A stretch of 64,000 nucleotides of DNA from an uncultured Acidimicrobiaceae bacterium (lineage in GTDB: Bacteria; Actinomycetota; Acidimicrobiia; Acidimicrobiales; RAAP-2). The position numbers were made by a program, and so were the translations under genes. The notes under the pieces are model-generated. The model was not told the origin of the DNA, ran no database searches, and saw only the letters and a program-made list of their open reading frames with translations. The DNA lies in assembly GCA_963817735.1 (NCBI GenBank), contig CAWFPP010000012.1, positions 32,228 to 96,227 of the forward strand. The letters are read 5' to 3'. Within the stretch, counting starts at the first letter, position 1. Each line of letters begins with the position of its first letter. Below are positions 17,445-27,134 of the stretch, one piece after another.

Positions 17445-17480
17445 GGGGCGGACCATCCCCGTTCGCTGCCGGGATAGAGG
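17445..17480 (+). repeat. Hairpin-tail repeat R23 (last copy seen)
   Basis: GGGGcggaccatCCCCGTTCGCTGCCGGGATAGAGG. Confidence 0.7.
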
Positions 17481-17543
17481 AATGATCCTCTAGGGACATT
17501 TGCCACCCTGGCAGGCGAGAGGATCACGGCGCCGGAGGCCGGG

Positions 17544-18650
17544 TTATCGGTCCGGTCGCTCCAATCGGTACGCCGTCGTCTCCTCTGCGAAGCCCTTCAA
17601 CGTCAGCGGCGCCAGGCGTTGGAACCCGAAACCGCCACAGGCGGCCCGGACCGCCTCGGACACGACGGCCGTCGAGGGTTCGGCCACTCCGACCAGCCGG
17701 GCGGCCAGGTTCACGTCGGGCCCGTAGAGGTCACCGAGCACTGATGCCATCTCCCCGGTCGCCAAGCCGACCCTGACCGGCGGGAGCGTCCCGCCCGCGG
17801 CCTCGACCAGACCGAGCGCGATCCGGCAGGCGTCCCCGGCGTCCTCTGTCACGAACATCGCCTCGTCGCCGATGGTCTTGATGATCTGCCCGTGTCCCGC
17901 CGCGACGACCTCCGAGGTGCGCTGATCGAACTCGACCAGGACGTCGGTGAGCTGGCGCAGCGACAACGATGCCGTCGCAGTCGTGTACCCCACCAGGTCG
18001 ACGAATCCGACGGTGCGCTGCACCGTGACCACGGATCGTTCCGGATCGGTGGACCACATCCGCTCCGCCACGGCGACGATCTGGCGCCGCAGGACCGCGT
18101 CGAGCGTCGAGACGAAGTTCGGCAGCATGGTCTGGCTCAGTTCGGCGTACTCGCGCACGATGTCGACGTACGACCTGCCCTCCACCCGGCGCGGCAGCTC
18201 GACCTGCAGGCGGAAGACGCCGACGATGGTCTCGGCCAGCCGCGCCATGGTGTTGCCGGTGACCCTGGCCAGCTGCAGCGTCGCCTCCTCGCCGAGCAGG
18301 CTGTTGTGCGCGCCCGCCAGGAGCCGGACGCTGGCCGCCTCAGCGGCCGTCACGGGGAAGTCGGGGTCCGTCGAGAGGCCGGCGGCCGTCATGAGTCGCA
18401 GTGTCGTGGGCCAATCGATGCCCGCCGCTGTCGCCACCTCGTGCAGCGGCAACGGGCCCCGGGGGCGCAGCGTCAGGTCGAGCGCCAGCTCCCCCAGGTT
18501 GGGTACTCGCGCCACATCCTCGAGGGTGGCTCCCAGGTCGAGTACGTAGCGGATCAGCTGCAGACGATCGGGTGCGTCAGGCGCGTCGGGCTCGTACAGG
18601 CCCAGGCGCTCCAGCTCCTCAGGGTCGGGCGCCTGCCGGTCGTCGGTCAT
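17544..18650 (-). CDS. Class III adenylate/guanylate cyclase domain protein
   Basis: C-terminal VGFVDLVGYTT...IKTIGDEAMFV...VRVGLATGE...GDLYGPDVNLAARL is the cyclase catalytic core. ATG at 18650 (MTDDRQAP...) chosen inside ORF 17544..18863. Confidence 0.8.
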   Translation of the reverse strand: MTDDRQAPDPEELERLGLYEPDAPDAPDRLQLIRYVLDLGATLEDVARVPNLGELALDLTLRPRGPLPLHEVATAAGIDWPTTLRLMTAAGLSTDPDFPVTAAEAASVRLLAGAHNSLLGEEATLQLARVTGNTMARLAETIVGVFRLQVELPRRVEGRSYVDIVREYAELSQTMLPNFVSTLDAVLRRQIVAVAERMWSTDPERSVVTVQRTVGFVDLVGYTTATASLSLRQLTDVLVEFDQRTSEVVAAGHGQIIKTIGDEAMFVTEDAGDACRIALGLVEAAGGTLPPVRVGLATGEMASVLGDLYGPDVNLAARLVGVAEPSTAVVSEAVRAACGGFGFQRLAPLTLKGFAEETTAYRLERPDR

Positions 18651-18699
18651 GGCACCAGCTTGCCCGACGCCGCTCGACGCCGGCCGTCCCGGGGGTTGA

Positions 18700-19557
18700 T
18701 CAGCTCCGCGTGGGTTTGACGGCCAGCTTCTCGTGGCGCAGCGTGGCCCAGCGGAGCTTGACGAGCACGCGAATGGCCCACCAACCGGGATCGATCTCAC
18801 CCTTCGCCATCGACATGCGGCTCGATGTGGTGACGGCGTGGTGGTTGTTGTGGAGCCCCTCACCGGCGACCAACCAGGCCAGCCACTGATTGTTCGTGGC
18901 CAGGTTGTCGTGCGGCCTCTTGCCCCACTTGTGCCCGATCCCGTTGATGGCGCCTCCGCCCAGGAGGTAGATGGAGGCGTGGACGCCCCCCGCGATCAGC
19001 CCGATCTCCCAGCCGAAGACGGCGACCAGGAGACCGATGCCGAGTGCGAGGCCCAGCAGCGCGTGGTTGAACAGCACCTTGTCCCACCGGTCCTCAGGGA
19101 GATCCCTGGCGTAGCGGGCAACCTGCTCGGCATTCTTGGAGACCCGGCGGTAGAGCACGGCGTTGCCGAACTGGACCAGCGAATAGCCGAAGATCACCGG
19201 CGAATGCGGGTCGCCCTCCTGGTCGGTGTGGGCATGGTGCTTGCGGTGTACCGCCACCCACTGCCGTGGCCGTGTCCCCGTCGACATCCAGATGATGACG
19301 CGGCACGCGAACACGACTGAAGGCCGCAGGGTGACGGCCTTGTGCGCCATGGCGCGGTGCAGGTACACCGTCGTGACGATGAACGAGATCTGGGAAGTGA
19401 TGAGCCCGATGAGAAGGGCCTCGAGGACCGCGGGCACGCCCGCAACAGTAGCCCAGCGGACGACCCCCCTCGGGGCGGTCCGCCGCGACATCCCGCTCGA
19501 GCGGCCCCGGCGGCCTTCCATCTGCACCCCCCGGCGCAACGGAGCGACACGCGCCAA
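18700..19557 (-). CDS. Acyl-CoA (membrane) fatty-acid desaturase
   Basis: Three His boxes: HRAMAHKA, HRKHHAHTD, and HNNHHA. The start may be an internal Met (about 19491). Confidence 0.8.
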   Translation of the reverse strand: MARVAPLRRGVQMEGRRGRSSGMSRRTAPRGVVRWATVAGVPAVLEALLIGLITSQISFIVTTVYLHRAMAHKAVTLRPSVVFACRVIIWMSTGTRPRQWVAVHRKHHAHTDQEGDPHSPVIFGYSLVQFGNAVLYRRVSKNAEQVARYARDLPEDRWDKVLFNHALLGLALGIGLLVAVFGWEIGLIAGGVHASIYLLGGGAINGIGHKWGKRPHDNLATNNQWLAWLVAGEGLHNNHHAVTTSSRMSMAKGEIDPGWWAIRVLVKLRWATLRHEKLAVKPTRS

Positions 19558-19598
19558 GATGTGCGGATTGGCGACGATTCGATGCGAGGTGCCTTTCC

Positions 19599-20690
19599 AT
19601 GAGCTTCACGCCGTACGACCGGCCGGTTCGAGCTGCCTTCATCGGCCTCGGGCGTATCTATGACCTCAACGTCCGGGCCTATCTCGACAACCCCGATGTC
19701 GAAGTGGTGGCGCTCGTCGACCAGCTCAGTGAGCGCCGGGACCAGCGCGGCGCTGACTGGCCGGAGGCCAAGACGTTCGCCTCCGCCGCCGAGCTGGCGG
19801 CGAGCGGCCTGGAGGTGGACGCCGTGGAGGTGCTGCTCCCGACGCCGTTCCACGACGAGGCGGTGGTCGAGCTCCTGGGCTACGGCTGGCACGTCAACCT
19901 GCAGAAGCCGATGTGCAACGACCTCGACGGTGCGCGGCGAATGGTGGACGCGGCCGCGGCCAACGACCGCCTGCTGCGGGTCATGGAGAACTACGTGTTC
20001 TACGAGCCCCTGGTCAAGCTGAAGGAGGTCGTGGAGTCGGGCGAGATCGGCACCGTCAGCGGCTACCACATGAAGATGGTGGCGAGCGGCCGCGGCGGCT
20101 GGGACGTCCCGGCGAACAGCTTCGAATGGCAGTTCCGCCAGATGCAGGAGGGGCGCGGCATCCTGGTCTTCGACGACGGGTGGCACAAGATGGCGACCGC
20201 CCACTGGCTCTTCGGTCCCGTCAAAGAGGTGCGGGCTTGGCTGGGCGGCACAGAGGTGGTGCCCGGCATCACGATTGACGCGCCGGCGACCTTCGTGTGG
20301 GAGCACGAAAACGGCGTGCGCGGGGTGTGGGACATCACCTTGGCCACGGACATGTACCTCCGTTCCGACTACTACACCAACGACGAGCGCTGGGAGGTCA
20401 CCGGCCGCACCGGGTTCGCCCGGGTCAACCGCTGCACCGGCCGCGGCATTCAGCAGCCGAGCCTCGAGGTCTACCTCGACGGCGTCATGCGCTCGTACCA
20501 CGCCCTCGACGACGACTGGGCGAGCAGCTTCCGGGACTCTGGCCTGCACTGGATCCGCTACCTCAAGACGGGGGAGGGCCCCATGCTCTGGAGCGGCGAG
20601 GAAGCGGCCGACATCCTCCGTTTCGCCGTCGCGGCGTACACGAGCAGCGAAGCGGGCGGCATCGGCGTCAATCCGGCCTCTCTCGGCTAG
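19599..20690 (+). CDS. Gfo/Idh/MocA family oxidoreductase
   Basis: N-terminal Rossmann segment VRAAFIGLGRIYDLNVRAYL, EKP-like LQKPM motif, 363 aa. Confidence 0.85.
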   Translation: MSFTPYDRPVRAAFIGLGRIYDLNVRAYLDNPDVEVVALVDQLSERRDQRGADWPEAKTFASAAELAASGLEVDAVEVLLPTPFHDEAVVELLGYGWHVNLQKPMCNDLDGARRMVDAAAANDRLLRVMENYVFYEPLVKLKEVVESGEIGTVSGYHMKMVASGRGGWDVPANSFEWQFRQMQEGRGILVFDDGWHKMATAHWLFGPVKEVRAWLGGTEVVPGITIDAPATFVWEHENGVRGVWDITLATDMYLRSDYYTNDERWEVTGRTGFARVNRCTGRGIQQPSLEVYLDGVMRSYHALDDDWASSFRDSGLHWIRYLKTGEGPMLWSGEEAADILRFAVAAYTSSEAGGIGVNPASLG

Positions 20691-20781
20691 ATGTCGCCCC
20701 GCCCGGCGCCCACGGCGCCGTCATCCCGCAGGTCGGCGGCGCCCGGTGCCGAACACGGTCCCTGTCATTACGCTTTTCTCC

Positions 20782-21264
20782 GTGGTGCAACTGCAGCCCG
20801 CAGCGAGCCTCGGCCGGCGCATCGGGGCCCTGGCCCTGGGCCTCGTCCTGGTGGTGGGAACGCTGGTCGTGGGCTGGCTCGTCTGGAGCGTCTTCGAGTG
20901 GCGTCAGGGTCGCACGCCGACGTACCGCCTTCTCGGGCTGCGCGCGGTCAGCCGTTCCGACAGGCAACCGATCGGCCTCGGGCGGTCGTTCCTACGCAGC
21001 GGCATCTGCTGCCCGCTCCTGGTCGTCCCGACCGCGGCCGTCGGTGCCGTCGTCCTGCTCTGCTTCGCGTTCGGCGCCTCGCCGCCGGACGGTCTGTTCC
21101 GGCGGGCGCGCCGCGCTCCCTGGGACGTCCTCACCGCGACGACGGTGCTCGACGAACGTCCCCGGCCGATTGTCCAGTTGGGGGCGGAGTTCCAGCCCAT
21201 CGATCCCGTCGATCTCGGCGGCGTCACCGGCGCCGTCGAGCGGGCACGCCCTGAACTGAACTGA
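20782..21264 (+). CDS. RDD family membrane protein
   Basis: ASLGRRIGALALGLVLVVGTLVVGWLVWSVFEWRQGRTPTYRLLGLRAV... is an RDD-domain pattern. It is one of three overlapping open frames here. GTG 20782 is a tentative start. Confidence 0.45.
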   Translation: MVQLQPAASLGRRIGALALGLVLVVGTLVVGWLVWSVFEWRQGRTPTYRLLGLRAVSRSDRQPIGLGRSFLRSGICCPLLVVPTAAVGAVVLLCFAFGASPPDGLFRRARRAPWDVLTATTVLDERPRPIVQLGAEFQPIDPVDLGGVTGAVERARPELN

Positions 21265-21289
21265 ACCCGAGCCTCCCGCCCGCCCCGGG

Positions 21290-22774
21290 TCAGCTGGAAG
21301 GATTTCCCCGCCAGCGGCGCTCGAAGGGAAGCCGCCACGTGCGCGGCGCGATGAGCTCGTTGATGGACGGCGGTCCCCAGCTGCCCTCGGTGTAGGGCTG
21401 CACCGGGGGAGGCTGCTCCAGCAGCGGTGTCGACACCTCCCACAGGCGCTCGATCCCCTCGGCCGTGTTGAAGAGCGTGTGGTCGCCGATCATGGCGTCG
21501 TGTATCAGGCGCTCGTAGGCCTCGAGCACGTCCGCGTCCTGGCCCGTCTCGTGCAGCGCGAACTGCAGGCTCAGCTTCTCGAGCTTCATGCCGGGCCCCG
21601 GCTTCTTCCCGTAGAAGGACAACGACAGCTTCGACGAGTCGGCCAGGTCGAAGGTGAGGTGGTCGGGGCCCTGGGCGCCGACGCCGGAGTCGTCGGGGAA
21701 CATCGACTTGGGCGGTGCGCGGAAGGCGATGGAGATGATGCGCTCCCCGCCGCCGAGCTTCTTGCCGGTGCGCAGGTAGAAGGGCACGCCGGCCCAGCGC
21801 CAGTTGTCGATCTCCACCTGCAGCGCCACGAAGGTCTCCGTGTCGGACTCCGCCGCTACGCCGGGGATGTCGCGGTAGCCGTCGTACTGCCCGCGCACCA
21901 CCTGGGTCACGTCGAGCGGCCGCATGGAGCGGAAGACCTTGTCCTTCTCCTCGTTGATGGGGCCGGCCGCCAGCGCCGTCGGCGGCTCCATGGCCATGAA
22001 GCCCAGGATCTGGAACAGGTGGGTGACCACCATGTCCTTGAAGGCGCCGGTGGCCTCGTAGAAGGCGACGCGGTCGTCGACGCCGAGTGTCTCGGGCACG
22101 TCGATCTGCACGTTGTCGATGTGGTCGCGGTTCCAGATGGGCTCGAAGAGGCCGTTGGCGAAGCGGAAGGCCAAAATGTTCTGCACGCCTTCCTTGCCGA
22201 GGAAGTGGTCGATGCGGAAGATCTGCTCCTCGTCGAACACCTGGTGCAACATGTCGTTGAGCGCCACCGCACTGGCCAGGTCGGTGCCGAAGGGCTTCTC
22301 CATCACCACCCGTGAGCGCTCGACCAGCTTGGCGTCGGAGATCATCTGGATCACGGAGCGGTCGGCCACCGGCGGCACGCTGAGGTAGTGCAGCCGCCGG
22401 GGCTCGCCGCCGATCTCCTTCTCCGCTGCCTCCACCGCTGCGGCCAGCGCCTCGGGCCCCGCCGAGGTGGAGCAGAAGGTCAGCCGTTTCTCGAAGTTGG
22501 CCCACTGCAGGAGGGAGATCTTGTCGGTCGAGAACTGGTCGACGGCATGGCGGGCCAGGTGGCGGAACTCCTCGTCGCTCAGGCTGCTGGTCGCGCTGCC
22601 CACGATCCGGTAGTCGGGCAGCATCCCCGACATGGCCAGGTGCAGCAGGCCGGGCAGCAGCTTGCGCGCCGCCAGGTCGCCCGTGGCGCCGAACAGGAGG
22701 ATGACGTAGGGCTCGATCTGGTTGCCCGGGGTGGCGGGCTCCGCCTTCGCGCTCTTGTCCGTCACTTCGGTCAC
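21290..22774 (-). CDS. zwf: Glucose-6-phosphate dehydrogenase
   Basis: LLFGATGDLAARKLLPGL NADP-binding motif and the active-site signature RIDHFLGKE. 494 aa. Confidence 0.95.
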   Translation of the reverse strand: MTEVTDKSAKAEPATPGNQIEPYVILLFGATGDLAARKLLPGLLHLAMSGMLPDYRIVGSATSSLSDEEFRHLARHAVDQFSTDKISLLQWANFEKRLTFCSTSAGPEALAAAVEAAEKEIGGEPRRLHYLSVPPVADRSVIQMISDAKLVERSRVVMEKPFGTDLASAVALNDMLHQVFDEEQIFRIDHFLGKEGVQNILAFRFANGLFEPIWNRDHIDNVQIDVPETLGVDDRVAFYEATGAFKDMVVTHLFQILGFMAMEPPTALAAGPINEEKDKVFRSMRPLDVTQVVRGQYDGYRDIPGVAAESDTETFVALQVEIDNWRWAGVPFYLRTGKKLGGGERIISIAFRAPPKSMFPDDSGVGAQGPDHLTFDLADSSKLSLSFYGKKPGPGMKLEKLSLQFALHETGQDADVLEAYERLIHDAMIGDHTLFNTAEGIERLWEVSTPLLEQPPPVQPYTEGSWGPPSINELIAPRTWRLPFERRWRGNPSS

Positions 22775-22790
22775 GCCGGCCTCCGCTCGG

Positions 22791-23975
22791 TCACGCGGGC
22801 CTCCGCTCGTTGAGCTCGGACACGTTGCCTCCCATGATCTTGGGTACCGACTCGCGGGGGAGCTTCTGCAGCTCGGTGACCCAGTCGATCGGCTCCGGCA
22901 GCCCCTCGATGTGCGGCCAGTCCGACCCGAAGATCACCCGGTCGTCCCCCATGAGGTCGACGATCTCACCGACGTCGTCCTCCCAGAACGGGTTGATCCA
23001 CACGTTGCGGCGGAAGGTCAGGACCGGGTCCTCGGAGAAGTAGCCCGGCATGCGCCGCGTCGTCGTGCGCAGCCTGGCGAAGAGGGGAGCGAGGAATTCG
23101 GAGCCGTTCTCGACCGACGCCACGCGTACGTTCGGGAAGCGGTCGAAGAGCTTCTCCAGCAGGAGCGTGGCCAGGAAATCGTGGGCCGCCCGCTCAATGG
23201 CGAACATCTTGATGCTCGGGCGCGACGGGCCGGCGCGGAACGAGGCTGAGAAGCCGTCCGGCGCGTAGCCGTTGGAGCTCAGCCCGGCGTCGCCGGCGTG
23301 CACGACGACCGTGATGCCGGCCTCGTTGACCCGGGCCCAGAAGGGGTCGAATACCTCGGCGGCCGGGGACAGGGGCCCGCCCGCGGTGATGGGGGCGGCC
23401 GCCCGCATGACGACGGCCCGGGCGTCCTGGTCCAGCGCCCACTCCAGCTCGCGCACGGCCTCGTCGATGTCGGCCAGCGTGATGTAGGGGGCGGCGAAGA
23501 TCCGGTCCGCATGGGCCATGCCCCAGTCCTCGGCCAGCCAGCGGTTGAAGGCCCGGAACAGCAGCACGACGGCACCGGGGTCGTGCTTGAGCGCCTCCTC
23601 GTAGAGCATGCCCAGGGTGGGGAAGAGCCAGACCTTGGACAGGTGCTGGGCGTCCATGGTGGCGAGACGGGCGTCGCGGTCGCGGTACTCGGCGCGGATG
23701 GGCTCGGGTGTGCCCATGAGCTCGTGGATCGGCCGCCCGTCCGGGTTGCCCCGGAAGTAGTCGACGAGCGCCCCGGCCGGCGCGATCGGGTTGAAGGTGG
23801 GGTTCGTCACGGCCCGGCTGACCCGGCCGCCCAACGCGTGGTAGCGCCGCCCGTTGACCTCGACCCACTCGATGACACGCGGGCCGAGCTTCGGATCGAG
23901 GTGGCGGGTGAAGGCATCGAGCGCTTCGTAGTAGTGGTTGTCCGCGTCGAAGACGGGCGAGTCGAGAGCGTGCAT
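22791..23975 (-). CDS. Amidohydrolase-2 family metal-dependent hydrolase
   Basis: VFDADNHYYE near the N-terminus and VIFGSDWPHIEG near the C-terminus, typical of the Amidohydro_2 (ACMSD-like) family. Confidence 0.8.
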   Translation of the reverse strand: MHALDSPVFDADNHYYEALDAFTRHLDPKLGPRVIEWVEVNGRRYHALGGRVSRAVTNPTFNPIAPAGALVDYFRGNPDGRPIHELMGTPEPIRAEYRDRDARLATMDAQHLSKVWLFPTLGMLYEEALKHDPGAVVLLFRAFNRWLAEDWGMAHADRIFAAPYITLADIDEAVRELEWALDQDARAVVMRAAAPITAGGPLSPAAEVFDPFWARVNEAGITVVVHAGDAGLSSNGYAPDGFSASFRAGPSRPSIKMFAIERAAHDFLATLLLEKLFDRFPNVRVASVENGSEFLAPLFARLRTTTRRMPGYFSEDPVLTFRRNVWINPFWEDDVGEIVDLMGDDRVIFGSDWPHIEGLPEPIDWVTELQKLPRESVPKIMGGNVSELNERRPA

Positions 23976-24012
23976 GGTCAGCCTTCCGCGAGCGTGCCCA
24001 ACAACTCAGACT

Positions 24013-24741
24013 CTATTGGCTGCTGGTCGGCGGCCCCGCCGCCGTATGGGCGGTTCCGGGCGGGTCGACCGCCCAGGCGGGGGCCTCGCCCCAACGCTTC
24101 CCGTACACCAGCTCGTGCAGGGGACGGCGGCGCACCGGCCCGTGGTGGCCCTGCGGGCGGCCCAGGGTGATGGTCGCCATGATCTCGGTCCCCTCGGGGA
24201 TGTGCAGCAGCGCCCGCAGCTCGGCATCGGCCGCGAACTGCCAGCCCGTCATCACGCCGCCGAAGCCGAGGGCCCGGGCGGCCAGCAGCAGGTTCTGGCA
24301 GGCCGGGAAGACCGATGCACCGTCGGTGTAGCCGCTGGCGTGGCGGTAGCGGGTGAAGCAGGCCAGCACGAGCACGGGCACCGACTCGTACGTGTCCACG
24401 TAGTGCTGCATGGTGCGGGCCAGGCGCGCCTTGGGGGAGTCGGCCTTCGCACCGGATCCGCTGTCGTACCCGTCGGCCTCCCGCTTGGCGGCCCAGAACC
24501 GGCGGGCCCCCTCGCCGATCAGCCGCTTCGCCTCCTCCGCCACTGGCCCCTCGGTGAGGACGATGAAGCGGAAGGGCTGGCGGTTCGACCCGCTCGGGGC
24601 GCGGGTGGCGGCAAAGAGGATGTCGCGCAGCGCCTCGTCGGGGATCGGATCGTCGGTGTAGCGCCGGATGGCCCGCGTGGTGAGCAGTCCCTCGTAGAGG
24701 GACACCTCTGCCGCCGGCCTCTCGCCCGCTGTCCCAGCCAT
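24013..24741 (-). CDS. Nitroreductase family protein
   Basis: LLTTRAIRRYTDDPIPDEALRDILFAATRAPSGSNRQPFRFIVL is the nitroreductase signature. Confidence 0.85.
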   Translation of the reverse strand: MAGTAGERPAAEVSLYEGLLTTRAIRRYTDDPIPDEALRDILFAATRAPSGSNRQPFRFIVLTEGPVAEEAKRLIGEGARRFWAAKREADGYDSGSGAKADSPKARLARTMQHYVDTYESVPVLVLACFTRYRHASGYTDGASVFPACQNLLLAARALGFGGVMTGWQFAADAELRALLHIPEGTEIMATITLGRPQGHHGPVRRRPLHELVYGKRWGEAPAWAVDPPGTAHTAAGPPTSSQ

Positions 24742-24781
24742 CCGGCGACCCTACCCAATGGCCGGCTGCAGCCGTCTGCCC

Positions 24782-27134
24782 TCAGCCCTGGTTGCCGAGC
24801 GGGGCATAGGCCCGGCAGGGCTCACCTCGCAATGCGCCGCAGACCGGCATGGCGGAGGACGGGACGACACCGCCCACCTCGTTGACCACCAGTGACGAGC
24901 CGTGGATGCCGCCGAGTGCCACCGTGTCGAGCACCGAACCGTGGGTGGCCGGCGTGTCGAAGGTCCACGACGGGCGGTCCCCGCCGGGGGCCGAAATCAC
25001 GATGCGCAGCCGCGTTCCGGCCCGGAACGTGTGCGCAATGGGATCCACCGGCACCCGCACGAGCGTGAAGCGCCCGCGGGGAAGGGGCTGGCGGTCAGAG
25101 GCGAGGTAGGTGGGCACCGGGTCGAGCGGAGTCGAATTGGCCGCCAGGGTGCGGTCGCTGCTGCGGAGGAAGCCCGAGGTGACGTATTCCTCTTGCATCT
25201 CGCCCGGCCGGACCTCGGTCACCGTCACCTGCAGGTCGGTGACGGGCGCGCTCGACTCGAGCCGCAAGTTGAGGCTGGCCGGCCCCACAATCGTGGTGGC
25301 GCTGGTGAAGGCGGATGTCTGGAAGGCGATTCCATTGGCGGTGGGCACCGTCGTCCAGTTGTAGGGGGGCTGGGCCGCCCAGGCGTTGGCCGAGGCGGCC
25401 AGGTCGTCGGCGGGGCGTACGGAGGGGTCGGGCCGGAACGATGCGGTGGACGAGCCCTTGGCCGCGCCCGTCTGGAGCGTGCCGTCCGGTCCGAGGCCGT
25501 AGGACACGACGGTGCCGGTCGGTGGCCACGACGAGAAGCCCGCCTCGTACGTCGGTTGGAGCGCGCCCTGCCCGAGAGATCCGCCACCGTTGTCGAAGAG
25601 CACCCGCACCCGCGGGTCCTTTGCTGCGAAGGCGGCCTTGGCCGCGGCGACCGAAGGCTCGTTCGTGAAGCGGATGGGTGGGACCGGTGCCGACGGCGCG
25701 CCACCGGTGAGCCCCGAATACAGGGTGGGCGCCAACGCGTCGAGGGTCGGCGACGGCGTCGGCACGCGGTCGGCCACGTAGAGGTCGAGGAACTCGAGCC
25801 AGCGCGAAATCGTGTCGGGACCGAGCGAGTCGGTGTGGGTGCCGTTCATCATGGTGACGTAGACGTTCTTGTCGCCGTCGAGCGCGGTGATGAGGGCGGG
25901 CCACTGCGGCCCCACCTGCTCGTCCTCCACGGCTCCGGCCAGGAAGACGGGCACTTTGATATGCGAGGCCCACACGGTGGGCGAGCGCGGGTCGAAGAGC
26001 GCGGGGGTGCGGCCGAGGTCGGGGCTGACCAGGGTCTCGAGGCTCTGCGCCTGCAGATGGAGCCGCTGGTTGGCCAGGCAGGTCTTGTCGCCCGTGGCGA
26101 TCTCGGCCGTCGCCCACGGCTGCCCCCCGCCGGGTGCGGGACGCGCGTCCGACACGCGCTCGGCCACCCAGCTGGCGGCGAAGCCGTCGTTGTAGATCCC
26201 GCCCGGATAGCCGGTCGAGTAGAGGTCGTCGGTGGGGCTGAGCGGCGTGATGGCCGCCAGGTCCGGCGGATCGGTGCCGGCCACGACCAGCTGCGAGAAC
26301 CCCGAGTACGAAATCCCGACCATGCCCACCTTGTGGTTGAGGACCCAGGGCTGCGCGCCGACGGTCTGCACCACGTCGTAGCCGTCGTAGTCCGAAGGAA
26401 GGCCGAAGAGGTCGAAGGCGCCGCCGGAGCATCCGCTGCCGCGCATCTGCACGCTGACTGTGACGAAGCCCAGCAAGGGCGCGACGACAGAACCGACGAC
26501 GGTCGACGTGTCGGGGAGCAGGGGATCGCTCGTCGAGCCGTGCCCCTCCAGCGCGTCGATGAGGCTGTGCGGTCCGGCGACGTCGTACCCGGAGTACTCG
26601 ATCACGGTGGGGAAGGGCCCGTCCGCCAGCGTCTTGCCCGGGGGCAGGCGCACGGTGGCAGCCAGCAGGATCCCGTCGCGCATGCGCACGTAGTTGAGCC
26701 CGGCATGCAGTTCCTGCGACGAGTAGAAGGACGCGGGCGGGGTCGAGGACGTTGACAGGACGGAGAAGGCAGCCGTGCGGCGCGCTCCCGAATTCGGTCC
26801 CCTCGGAAAAGCGGTACCCGGGGCCGGGCGTCAGGTTGCGCACGATCAGGCTGCCGAGCCGGTCGACCACCCCGGATCCCACCTTGGCATCGCGCGCGTC
26901 CAGGACGGCCAGGTGTGCGCCGGGAGGGGCACCGGTGACGTAGGCCTCCCCGATCGACCCGTGACCGTCGAACGGCAGCAGGGCCGGGGAGGCGAGGGCG
27001 TGGCCGCCTGACGCGAGGGCGCTCCCGGCGGTGATCGCCACGACGACACAGGAGAGCACGACCCGCCACCGGGAGGCAACGACGAAGTGACCCCGCGCCG
27101 CACCCGCCCGCCCTTCGTCCCCCGTTCCTGCCAT
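24782..27134 (-). pseudogene. CocE/NonD (peptidase S15, X-Pro dipeptidyl-peptidase-like) secreted hydrolase with an internal frameshift near 26770-26790
   Basis: ORF 24782..26689 is the hydrolase body (RDGILLAATVRLP..., TVIEYSGY..., SYSGF...). The signal peptide and first ~125 aa (MAGTGDEG...VVAITAGSALASGG...GYRFSEGTEFGSA) are in another frame, at the start of ORF 25095..27134. The two frames join sensibly at ...EFGSA / AAFSVLSTSSTPPASFYSSQELHAGLNYVRMRDG. Confidence 0.7.

Noticed and set aside
20275-21264. Three fully overlapping same-strand ORFs (329, 320 and 187 aa) downstream of the oxidoreductase gene.
   Set aside because: Only the C-terminal ~160 aa of one frame has a recognisable pattern (RDD domain with TM helices). 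The other frames and the long N-terminal extension are Arg/Pro/Ala-rich and overlap the oxidoreductase gene.
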